53,420 nt of DNA, taken from NCBI GenBank assembly GCA_036508875.1, contig DATCGP010000003.1:1-53420 (forward strand). The letters run 5' to 3'. Positions 38,348 to 51,561 of the stretch are shown piece by piece. Both the position numbers and the translations under genes were made by a program. Each line of letters opens with the position of its first letter. Within the stretch, counting starts at the first letter, position 1. Under the pieces are notes generated by a model. That model was not told the DNA's origin, made no database searches, and was given only the letters and a program-made list of their open reading frames with translations. Origin of the DNA: Coriobacteriia bacterium (GTDB lineage: Bacteria > Actinomycetota > Coriobacteriia > Anaerosomatales > PALSA-660).

Positions 38348-39466
38348 TCACATCCCCAACCAGTCCCGGACCTTGTGCAAAGGTGACTTGGAATGCTTGT
38401 CCCCCATCGAGTCCGACAGCTGCTCGAGCAGCGCGCTCTGTGCCTTGGACAGCTTTGTGGGAACGACGACGTTCGCGTGCACTATCAGGTCGCCGTTGCC
38501 TCCGCGCGCCCGCGGCATGCCCGCTCCCTTGACCGTCAGCACGTCGTCGTTCTGCGTCCCGGACCCGACCTTGACCGGAACGGGACCGAACAGGCCCGGC
38601 ACCTCGATCTCGCCACCGAGCGCCGCCGTGGTCATCGGCACCGAGGCGCGAGCGTGCAGGTCGTCTCCGTCGCGATGCAGGAACTCATGCTGCCGCACTC
38701 GCACCGTCACCTGCAGGTCGCCCGACGTCGAGCCGCGCAGCCCGGCTTCCCCCATCCCGGGGATCACGATCGTCTGACCGTCCCGGACCCCCGCGGGGAT
38801 CTCGGCGGACACGTTCTCGCGGGCCTGCGAGCGGCCATGGCCGCCGCACGAGGGACACGGCGGATCGACGATCGTCCCGGTCGCGGCGCACCGCTGGCAC
38901 GGCGCCGTCGACTGGAACGTGCCCAGGAACGTCCTGCGCGAGCTCACGACCTGGCCCACGCCGCCGCAGTCGGGGCAGGTCTTGGCCGTCCCACCCGCAG
39001 CGGCGCCCGTGCCCGAACACGCCGAACAGGGCGCCACGCGCTGGTAGGAGACCTCCTTGACGGTGCCCCGCGCCGCTTCCTCGAGAGTCACGACCACCTG
39101 CGCGGCCATGTCGCGGCCTTCAGTGCGCGCCTCCTGGCGCGCCGCTCCGCCCATCACGCCGTCGAAGATGACGGAGAACAGGTCTCCGATGCCGGCCCCG
39201 CCGAACGGATCGCCGTAGGTGTAGCCACCCGGGAACCGCGACTGCGGGTTCGCTGTCCCGAACCGGTCGTAGTTCGCGCGCTTCTCGGAGTCGGACAGCA
39301 CCTCGTAGGCCTCGTTCAGCTCCTTGAAGAGCTCCTCGGCGTTGTCGTGGTCGCTGGTGTCCGGGTGGACGTCGCGGGCGCGGCTGCGGAACGCCTTCTT
39401 GATGTCGGCGTCGGTAGCGTCGCGCGGGACGCCGAGTACCTCGTAGTAGTCACTTGTGGCGGGCAT
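38348..39466 (-). CDS. dnaJ: Chaperone DnaJ
   Basis: DYYEVLGV, HPD, CxxCxGxG repeats. Confidence 0.95.
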   Translation of the reverse strand: MPATSDYYEVLGVPRDATDADIKKAFRSRARDVHPDTSDHDNAEELFKELNEAYEVLSDSEKRANYDRFGTANPQSRFPGGYTYGDPFGGAGIGDLFSVIFDGVMGGAARQEARTEGRDMAAQVVVTLEEAARGTVKEVSYQRVAPCSACSGTGAAAGGTAKTCPDCGGVGQVVSSRRTFLGTFQSTAPCQRCAATGTIVDPPCPSCGGHGRSQARENVSAEIPAGVRDGQTIVIPGMGEAGLRGSTSGDLQVTVRVRQHEFLHRDGDDLHARASVPMTTAALGGEIEVPGLFGPVPVKVGSGTQNDDVLTVKGAGMPRARGGNGDLIVHANVVVPTKLSKAQSALLEQLSDSMGDKHSKSPLHKVRDWLGM

Positions 39467-39544
39467 CTGGGCTCCTGGGTCCCTATGACGTTCACGGCTT
39501 CTTCTGTGGTCTGTGAGGTCCGTGCCGGCAAGCTTCGGCCTGCG

Positions 39545-40564
39545 TCAGCCCAGTGCATCGCTGAGGCCGTCGGCCACGGTGCGAACGGCGCTCACCGCAC
39601 GGGCGTAGTCCATCCGCGTCGGGCCGATGACCCCGATGACGCCCTCGGTGCCGCCGGCCTCGTAGCTTGCCGCGACCACCGACATCCTGTCGAGCCCCAC
39701 CGGGTTCTCGGCGCCGATGCGCACCACCACATCATCGGTCTGCATCAGCGATGTCAGCATGTGCAGCGTCTCGAGCCCGTCTTCCAGCAGATGTACCAGC
39801 GGTCCCACGAGTCGCGGGTCCGCGAACTCGGGCTGCGCCAGAAGAGTGGAGACGCCACCGGAGACGACGGCGTCCGCGTCGGCCTCGAGCAGGCAATCGA
39901 TGACCTCGTCGAGTACCTGCGCCGTCACCCGCGCGGGAAGCGCCGTAGCGGACTCGACCCCGCCGCGCGCTTCGCGGACCTCGTCACCGACCTTGCCGTC
40001 GAGCGCCGCGTTGAGCATCGCCTCGACGCGCACCAGCGCCTCGGGGCTCACCGGCTCGACGAGCTCGATCGTCCGGTCGGCCACCTGGCCCGAGTCGGTG
40101 ACGACGACCAGGACCGCACGCGCCTCCCCGATCCAGACCAGGTTGATCCTGCGAATGCGGGAGCGTCGAAGGGTGGGGGCGATCACGACCGCGACGTAGT
40201 TCGTGAGACGCGAGAGCAGGGCGCTGGTCTCGCGCATCGCGTCGGCGACCTCGTGCTCGAGGGCGTGGTACTGCTTGCGGACCGACTCGACCTCGGCCGG
40301 GGTGAGGCCCTGCTCCGAACCCGCCTCGAGCATCGCGTCGACGAACGCGCGGTATCCCACGTCGGTAGGGACACGCCCCGCCGACACGTGGGGCTGGAAC
40401 ACGTGCCCCGTCTCTTCGAGGAACGACAGCTCGTTGCGGACGGTCGCGGGGCTGACGCGCAGGTCGTACCGGTCGACCAGCGCTTTGGACGCGACGGGCT
40501 GAGCGCTGCGAACGTATTCGTTCACCAACGCCTGCAGGACTATCCGTCTGCGGTCGGACAGCAT
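39545..40564 (-). CDS. hrcA: Heat-inducible transcription repressor HrcA
   Basis: PVASK, SPATVRNE, QPHVSAGRVPT, IGPTRMDY; GAGGAG RBS. Confidence 0.95.
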   Translation of the reverse strand: MLSDRRRIVLQALVNEYVRSAQPVASKALVDRYDLRVSPATVRNELSFLEETGHVFQPHVSAGRVPTDVGYRAFVDAMLEAGSEQGLTPAEVESVRKQYHALEHEVADAMRETSALLSRLTNYVAVVIAPTLRRSRIRRINLVWIGEARAVLVVVTDSGQVADRTIELVEPVSPEALVRVEAMLNAALDGKVGDEVREARGGVESATALPARVTAQVLDEVIDCLLEADADAVVSGGVSTLLAQPEFADPRLVGPLVHLLEDGLETLHMLTSLMQTDDVVVRIGAENPVGLDRMSVVAASYEAGGTEGVIGVIGPTRMDYARAVSAVRTVADGLSDALG

Positions 40565-40610
40565 CGTGCGGGACTCCTCGATTGCTTCGGAGAGGACGCG
40601 ACCTGCGTCC

Positions 40611-40637
40611 CTAGCAGTCAAGTATAGCGAGTGCTAA
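40611..40637 (-). promoter_or_regulatory. CIRCE element (HrcA operator) with -10 TATACT inside the spacer
   Basis: Minus strand TTAGCACTC-gctatactt-GACTGCTAG versus consensus TTAGCACTC-N9-GAGTGCTAA. Confidence 0.88.
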
Positions 40638-40707
40638 CGCGGAGAGCGACGCTGCGGCGTCCCGAAGATCGGGCCGGGTGGCGCTACCATGCCTTGCAAC
40701 GACCCGC

Positions 40708-41975
40708 TCACTCTCCCGCCCAAACCGCACCGAACACCTGGTTGCCCAGCAGCCAGCCGCGCTGGGTGGTCCGCCATCGGGCGGCGCCGTCCTCGTCCTC
40801 CGCGATCGAAACGAGCTCGCGCTCCGCCAGTGACGCCAGCGTCTCGCCCAGCCCGGCGGCCTCGACCATCTCCACGGCCACGCCTCGGCTCAGACGGAGG
40901 CCCAGCATCACGTCTTCCCGCATGACCTCCTGCGCGGTGAGTACCTCGAGCGGCTTCGGTTGCGCGAGCGGCCGTCGCAGGTAGTCCTCCAGGGACACCT
41001 CACGGGTGAACCGCGCGCGTGCGGGCGTTCCCGCGACTTCGGCGTCCAGCTTCCACCCCTCCGCCTCAGCGACGCGCTGGAACTCGGCGCACGGGAGCAT
41101 GCTCGCGGCGTGCGGTCCGACGCCGAGGTAGGCTCCGCCGGTCCAGTACACCAGGTTGTGGCGCGCTTCGTGACCCGGCTGCGCGTAGTTGGCGACCTCG
41201 TAGCGGGGCATCCCCACGGCCGCGAGCGCCACCGCCGCGGCGAGCATCATGTCCGCGGCGACGTCGGGGTCGGGCGCCGCCTGATGCCCGTCGGCGATGG
41301 CCGCGGCCAACGGCGTGCCGTCCTCGACGGTGAGTGGGTAGACGGACACGTGCCGCGCGCCACACCCCACCGCCCGTTCGAGCGTGGCGTCCCAGGATTC
41401 GAATGACTGGCCCGGCACGCCGCAGATCAGGTCGATCGAGAATGGGACGCCGGAAGCGCGCAGCACCTCGAGCGCAGCCTCCGTCCGCGCTGCGCCGTGG
41501 CAACGGCCGAGGGTGGCCAGCACCGCGTCGTCGAAGCTCTGCACGCCGAGCGAGAACCGGTTGACCGCTGCCTCCACGAGCTGCGCGATGAGGTCGGCGT
41601 CTGTGGTCTCGGGGTTGGTCTCGACGGTGATCTCGGCGTCCGGGCGCAGGCGCGCGGTCTCACGCAGCCCGCGAACGAGCCGCACGAGCTCTGTGCCCAG
41701 GACCGTGGGCGTCCCTCCGCCGATGTACATCGTCGGCACGTCATCGAGAAGGTCGTAGTGCGACCAGTGGCCCGCCTCGAACAGCGCCGCATCCACGAAG
41801 CGGGAGTACCGGTCGGGCTTCCCCGGCTCGGAGTAGAAGTCGCAGTAAGCGCACTTCGACAGGCAGAACGGGACGTGGACGTACAGCGATACCGGAGTCG
41901 GGGCGGCGCCGGCGGCTTCAGCGGGGAGCGCAGCGAGTCCGCTGGAAGGCGCCGGGGCGGCGCCGCCTGCGGGCA

Positions 41976-41976
<1 letters not shown>
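40708..41976 (-). CDS. hemW: Radical SAM heme chaperone HemW
   Basis: LYVHVPFCLSKCAYCDF, GGGTP, YEVANY, HNLVYW. Confidence 0.9.
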
Positions 41977-43781
<1,805 letters not shown>

Positions 43782-43978
43782 GGCTGGGAATGATAGCAGC
43801 CACGCCTCGGCGCTGCTGTCCCGAGCGTCCGGGTCCTGAGTGTCAGTGCTGCGACACACCCGGGAGCGTGGTAGTCCTTGTGGCTCCGGCCGCCCCCGTG
43901 CTACCATCTGACGGTTCGTCGGCGGCCCACCGCGCGGACGGGCACCATTCACAGACACTGGGAAGGAACGACCTCAAG

Positions 43979-44245
43979 TTGGCCAACATCAAGAGCCAGA
44001 AGAAGCGCGTACTCACCAACGCCAAGTCGGCGGCGACGAACAAGTCGGTCCGCAGCGGCGTCAAGACCGCGGTCAAGAAGGTCAATGAAGCGATCGCTGC
44101 CGGCGACAAGGCCGCTGCGCTCGCAGGCCTGCAGGCTGCGAACCGTGAGCTCGATCGCGCGGCGAGCAAGGGTGTCATCCACAAGAACCAGGCGGCCAAC
44201 CGCAAGAGCGGTATCGCGTCCGCCGTCGCGAAGATGGCCGACTAG
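43979..44245 (+). CDS. rpsT: 30S ribosomal protein S20
   Basis: (M)ANIKSQKKR...KGVIHKNQAANRKS; TTG start. Confidence 0.95.
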   Translation: MANIKSQKKRVLTNAKSAATNKSVRSGVKTAVKKVNEAIAAGDKAAALAGLQAANRELDRAASKGVIHKNQAANRKSGIASAVAKMAD

Positions 44246-45237
44246 GCCTTCCCGCGCGACCCGGCCGCGCCAGCGGTCTTCACGATCCAGCGTTCGATGA
44301 CGAGCCCGGCATCTGTGGGGCTCGTCTTCATTTCCTCTTCCACAGCAGCGAGCCCGCGTAGCGCGGTAACGAGCTCCTTCGGTTCGTAACGCGACGCCTG
44401 CTTCGCGGCGTTGCGCGCCTGCCAAGGCGCCATCCCGATCTCGGGCGCCATGGCATCCGGGCTCACTCCCCTGTCTGACAGCGCGCGCGCGCCGATCAGC
44501 GCGCGGACGTGGCGCGCCAGCATCGCTTCCACGCCGAGCGGAGTCTCGCCCGCATCGAGCAGTCGCCGCAGCACGCGCATCGCGCGCGTCACGTCTCGCT
44601 CACCGACCGCGTCCGACAGCTCGAAGACGGACGCCTCGGCGGTCGCCGATGCCACCGCGCGCACGTCGTCGGCTGATATGCGTTCCGCGTCGCCGACGTA
44701 CGTGGCGAGCTTGGCAGCCTCGATGTCCAGCCGGCGCAGGTCCCGGCCGACCACGTCGACGAGCAGCTGCGCCGTCGGCATCGCCATCGTCTTGCCGCGC
44801 TCCCTCAGCAGCTTGGCGACCTCGCCTGCGTACGCGTTGCGCTTCGGCGCCGCGTATTCGTAGGCGACGCCGGTCGCCGCCGCGGCGCGGTACAGCTTCG
44901 AGTTCTTGGCGATCTTCGCTGCGACGAGCACCAGGCACGTGTAGTGCGCCGGGTCCTTCGCGTAGCCGGCCAGCTTCTCGAGACCGGCAGCATCGAGCTT
45001 GTCGACGTTGCGCACCACCACGAGTCGCCGCTCGCTCAGGAAGGGCATCGTGTTCGCGGCGTTGATCACGTCGTCGGCGGAGGCCGTGGCCCCGTCGAAC
45101 GTCTCATAGTTGAAATCGAGATCGGCGACGGCCGCGAGCCGGTCGTGCAGCCGCCTCTCGGCGCGCTCGAGCAGCAGCTCTTCCGAGCCGTATATGAGAT
45201 AGACCGGCTTGAGATCGCTGAGGCTCGCTGTTGCCAC
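44242..45237 (-). CDS. holA: DNA polymerase III delta subunit
   Basis: LKPVYLIYGSE, MPFLSERRLVVV, SVFELSDAV; lies between comEC and rpsT. Confidence 0.9.
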   Translation of the reverse strand: MATASLSDLKPVYLIYGSEELLLERAERRLHDRLAAVADLDFNYETFDGATASADDVINAANTMPFLSERRLVVVRNVDKLDAAGLEKLAGYAKDPAHYTCLVLVAAKIAKNSKLYRAAAATGVAYEYAAPKRNAYAGEVAKLLRERGKTMAMPTAQLLVDVVGRDLRRLDIEAAKLATYVGDAERISADDVRAVASATAEASVFELSDAVGERDVTRAMRVLRRLLDAGETPLGVEAMLARHVRALIGARALSDRGVSPDAMAPEIGMAPWQARNAAKQASRYEPKELVTALRGLAAVEEEMKTSPTDAGLVIERWIVKTAGAAGSRGKA

Positions 45238-47639
45238 GCTCGGACCTGCCCTCGGGACGGCGGGAGACCGGCCATCCGCCGCTCTCGGGAGCGATTGTCG
45301 CACAGCGGCTGAGGCAGGCCGACGTCCTCGGAGGCTGCACCCCGCGCCGGTTCCCACCCGAGATCGCCCTCCAGGTCGGTCCTGCGCACCGTGACGCCCA
45401 TCCCGCCGAGTGTCGCCAGAGCTTCGGCCGACGGGTGCCCGAACTTGTTGCCGGCGCCCACGCTGATCAGAGCTACCGAGGGCCGCCAGATCGCCAGCGC
45501 CTCCGGCACGTTGCCGTTGACGCTTCCATGATGCGCGACCTTCAGCATCTCCACCCTCCCACTCCACGCTTCCAGCGCACCCGACTGGGCCTGCGCTTCC
45601 GCGTCACCGAGCAGCAGCGCCCTATGCCCGTCCTTCTCCAGCAGCAGGATCACGCTCGTGTCGTTGGCCGACAGACGCACGTCCCCGCCTCGTGGCCACA
45701 GCACGCGCACTTTCACGCGCCCGACGGAGAACTCCATCCCCCTGCGCAGGGACACGACGGAGTCCGCGTCGGATGCCGCACGGGCGGCCAGTGCCGATAC
45801 AGCCGGGTCCTGAACATCAGGAACGCCTATCCAGCCCGGCCGCGCCACTCCCGCCAGACCATCCAGGCCTCCGATATGGTCCTCATGGGCATGCGTGAGC
45901 ACGAGCCCGTCGAGACGATGCACGCCCGCCCGGGCCAGTGCCTGTCTGAGCACCACTGGGTCCGGACCGGTGTCCACCAGCACCGCCTGTCCTGCGTCCC
46001 GGATCAGGATGCAGTCCCCCTGGCCCACATCAAGGACCTCCACGAGACCGGCGACGGGCGCCGCGAACGCCGAGGTGCAGACGAGCGCGGCGATCACGGC
46101 GCTGACACCGACACGCACCCGAAGCGCCCTGCGCGGGATCGGCCACCGCAGCCACAGCAGAGCGCCCCCTGCGATCCACGCCCCCGCCAACCACCACGGC
46201 GGCGCCGGCACCGCCAGCAGCGCCCCGGGCACTCGCGCCGCGACCTGCCAGACGCGCGTCGCGAGGTCCGCCGCCACGACCCCGGCACGCGAAAGCCCCT
46301 GGCCGAACTGCCGACTCAGCGGAGCGACGACCGCACCGAGGGCGCCGAGCGCGACCGCGATCTGGACCGGCACCCCGCTGACGGCCAAGGTGACGGGGCC
46401 GAGCAGCGAGACCGCACCGAACATGCTCGCTGCCAGCGGGACGACCGAGGCTTGCGCCGCCACTGAGCCGCCCAGCGACCACGCGGTCCGCTTCCCGATC
46501 ACCGGTACGAGCCATGCGTTCGCCAGCGCCGACAGCAGCGCGATCCCACTGACCGCAGCCGCCCCCAACAGCAGCCCCGCATCGTAGGCGGCCGATGGAT
46601 CCACCATCACCAGCAGCGCGATCGCTGCGCCGAGAGCCGCGGTCGCGTCCCGTCGGCGCCCGACCAGGTGCGCGAGGACCGCCGCAGTGGCGGCAATGGC
46701 CGCGCGCAGCAGCGACAGCCGCATGCCCGCCGCCGCGCCAAGGACCGCGAGGGCGACCAGAGCCGCGATCGAACGTCCGCGGCGGCTTGCGCCCAGTATT
46801 CCTGCGAGCCGTTCGGCCAGAAGCACGATCACCGACAGGTGCAACCCCGACGCGGCGATCGCCCACGCTACCCCGGCGGTCTTCGCATCCTCGAGCGCGG
46901 CCGCGCCCTCCTCCCGGACCGGCGCACCGAACAGCATCGACGCGAGCGCTTCGCCGCCGGGCCCGCCCTGGGCGCGCAGTGCATCGATCGAGGTCTGTCG
47001 CCACGCGCATACGGCCCCGAACGGCCCCGGGACCCACCCCACGACCCGTACGCGCCACGGTGTCGCGCGCAACAACTCGCCGTCGCGGAAGGACCGCGCT
47101 CCTGCGTCGCCGACCCGCACCACCTCTCTGAGCCGCGCGTCGAAGTCGACCCTCTGGCCGTATGCCGGTGGCGCGACATCCGCCGGCCAGGACATGCGGA
47201 TCGCTGGAGAGCCGCCCACCCCCTCGAGCCGGACGAGCACGTCGGTGCCGAACGAGCCGTCGGCCGGATCAGCGACGACCGTCGCGCTCCAGGAGGTCGG
47301 ACCCTGCGAATCGAGTCCGGACGCGACCGCCGCCCGCGACACCCCGGACGCGAGCGCCATCCCCATGGCGCAGGCGGCGGCCACGGCGAGCAGATGCAGG
47401 ACCGGCCGCCTCGACACCACGGCGACAGCCAGCAGCGCGAGACACGCTCCGCATCCGATGACTGTCGCCACCATCGAGCCGCTCTGCCAACCCGACAGCG
47501 CGATCTCGGTCCCGGCGCGCGAGGCGGCCCAGGCGGCCGCGGCCACCCACAGCAGCGGTGATATCGACGGCCTGCCCGGGCCGCTCGGGGTCGGCTTGAC
47601 CCTGTCGGCCGAACGCGAGCCGGAGCTGTCAGTTCGCAC
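45066..47639 (-). CDS. comEC: Competence DNA-uptake channel ComEC/Rec2
   Basis: ASGLHL, multi-TM region, LDVGQGD, THAHEDHIGG, KVAHHGS, FGHP; 3' end overlaps holA. Confidence 0.88.
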   Translation of the reverse strand: MRTDSSGSRSADRVKPTPSGPGRPSISPLLWVAAAAWAASRAGTEIALSGWQSGSMVATVIGCGACLALLAVAVVSRRPVLHLLAVAAACAMGMALASGVSRAAVASGLDSQGPTSWSATVVADPADGSFGTDVLVRLEGVGGSPAIRMSWPADVAPPAYGQRVDFDARLREVVRVGDAGARSFRDGELLRATPWRVRVVGWVPGPFGAVCAWRQTSIDALRAQGGPGGEALASMLFGAPVREEGAAALEDAKTAGVAWAIAASGLHLSVIVLLAERLAGILGASRRGRSIAALVALAVLGAAAGMRLSLLRAAIAATAAVLAHLVGRRRDATAALGAAIALLVMVDPSAAYDAGLLLGAAAVSGIALLSALANAWLVPVIGKRTAWSLGGSVAAQASVVPLAASMFGAVSLLGPVTLAVSGVPVQIAVALGALGAVVAPLSRQFGQGLSRAGVVAADLATRVWQVAARVPGALLAVPAPPWWLAGAWIAGGALLWLRWPIPRRALRVRVGVSAVIAALVCTSAFAAPVAGLVEVLDVGQGDCILIRDAGQAVLVDTGPDPVVLRQALARAGVHRLDGLVLTHAHEDHIGGLDGLAGVARPGWIGVPDVQDPAVSALAARAASDADSVVSLRRGMEFSVGRVKVRVLWPRGGDVRLSANDTSVILLLEKDGHRALLLGDAEAQAQSGALEAWSGRVEMLKVAHHGSVNGNVPEALAIWRPSVALISVGAGNKFGHPSAEALATLGGMGVTVRRTDLEGDLGWEPARGAASEDVGLPQPLCDNRSRERRMAGLPPSRGQVRAWQQRASAISSRSISYTARKSCCSSAPRGGCTTGSRPSPISISTMRRSTGPRPPPTT

Positions 47640-48291
47640 GGACCAGGTCTTTGAGGGCGTCGAACTTTGCAGGTCCGATTCCCGAGACCCGCATGAGGTC
47701 GTCCACCGACCGGAACGGCCCGTTCGCCGTGCGGTCGGAGATGATCTTCGCGGCGGTGGCGGGCCCGACACCCGGCAAGGCGTCGAGTTCCGCCGCCGTC
47801 GCGGTGTTCAGGTCCACCTTGCCCGGGGATGCGCCGGTCCCCGTGGGGCCTGCAGCTCCCGCTTCCGTCGTGCCCTTCCGCGGCACGGCGATCTGCTCGC
47901 CGTCCACCGCGATACGTGCGAGGTTCACGGCGGCCTCGTCGGCGGCGCCGAGCAGGCCGCCTGCGGCCTCCACGACGTCACGCACCCTGGCGCCGCCGGG
48001 AAGCTCGTAGACTCCAGGGTGTCGCACCTCGCCGACCACGTGTACGGTCACCGTCGCCGCGACCGCCGGCAGCGCATCCGCCGCCTCCTGGCCCACAGCA
48101 GTCGGCGCGCCACCCGGCGCGGGCGCTCCGCTCGCGCCGCCGGCGAGTCCGGAACCCCAGACCATCCACGCCCCGAGGCACACGCACGCGACGACCGCCG
48201 CACGCCCCGCGGTCCGCCCTAGCGGCGGCAGACCGTCGAAGCCCGCGCGGCACGTCAGCTCCTCCGCCCAGTCCCTGATCTCGCGCAGCAC
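47629..48291 (-). CDS. comEA: Competence DNA receptor ComEA
   Basis: SLBB VHVVGEVRHPGVY; HhH VDLNTAT...LPGVGP...VSGIG. Confidence 0.9.
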   Translation of the reverse strand: MLREIRDWAEELTCRAGFDGLPPLGRTAGRAAVVACVCLGAWMVWGSGLAGGASGAPAPGGAPTAVGQEAADALPAVAATVTVHVVGEVRHPGVYELPGGARVRDVVEAAGGLLGAADEAAVNLARIAVDGEQIAVPRKGTTEAGAAGPTGTGASPGKVDLNTATAAELDALPGVGPATAAKIISDRTANGPFRSVDDLMRVSGIGPAKFDALKDLVRAN

Positions 48292-48440
48292 GCGAACGCC
48301 CCCTCTCGCTGGACCGCGCGGAGGGGGCGTCGGGCTTCGTGGCATGTCGCAGTGTCTGGGAGCGCCCACTGCCTCGAACGAGCATCGCAACTCGGCCGGT
48401 CGAGTTCCCGACCGGCATCCGACCCGGGCGTGCGTTCGCG

Positions 48441-50969
<2,529 letters not shown>

Positions 50970-51176
50970 AAGAGTCAGTCCTCGCACTCGGAGTGCCTGG
51001 GCGTGTGCGCCCTCGTTCGCAGCATGATAGCGAATCACGCGCTCAACGGCTCCCGACGGGCGTGCGCGCGTGCGCGAGGACGGTGCTAGACTCGTGCGCG
51101 GACGGATCCGCATCACGGAGGGAACCCAATACCCGACGAGGTAAGCGCGCCCAAAACCGGCGACCACAAGGTGTGG

Positions 51177-51557
51177 ATGGACACCGATCGTCGGCACGGG
51201 ATCGATCCACGGACTCAGTTCCGTGTGGTGTCGTACGTGGCGATGGCCGCCGCAGCACCCTTCATCATCGTGCACTTCCTGATCGGGACCTTCGCCTTCC
51301 CCTATCTCGCACAGGTGTTCAGCACGATGCCGACACCGTTGCCCGGGCCTACCGCCGTCCTGCTCAACATCGGTTGGCTCGCGGGACCGCTACTGGCCGC
51401 GATCGACATAGCCACCTTCTGGCTGTCCTATCGGCTAGCCGAGCGCTGGTGGATCGGCTTGCTGTTCGTGCCAGTGCTCATCTACGGCATGATGAGCGCG
51501 TTCATCGGCTTCCTCCTCTACATGCCGATGTTGCCGCTGGTCTCGCTGGTCAGGTAG
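51177..51557 (+). CDS. Small multi-TM protein with PilC/GspF-like membrane segments
   Basis: [23 protein letters not shown] and [11 protein letters not shown]; start approximate. Confidence 0.5.
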   Translation: MDTDRRHGIDPRTQFRVVSYVAMAAAAPFIIVHFLIGTFAFPYLAQVFSTMPTPLPGPTAVLLNIGWLAGPLLAAIDIATFWLSYRLAERWWIGLLFVPVLIYGMMSAFIGFLLYMPMLPLVSLVR

Positions 51558-51561
51558 ACGA

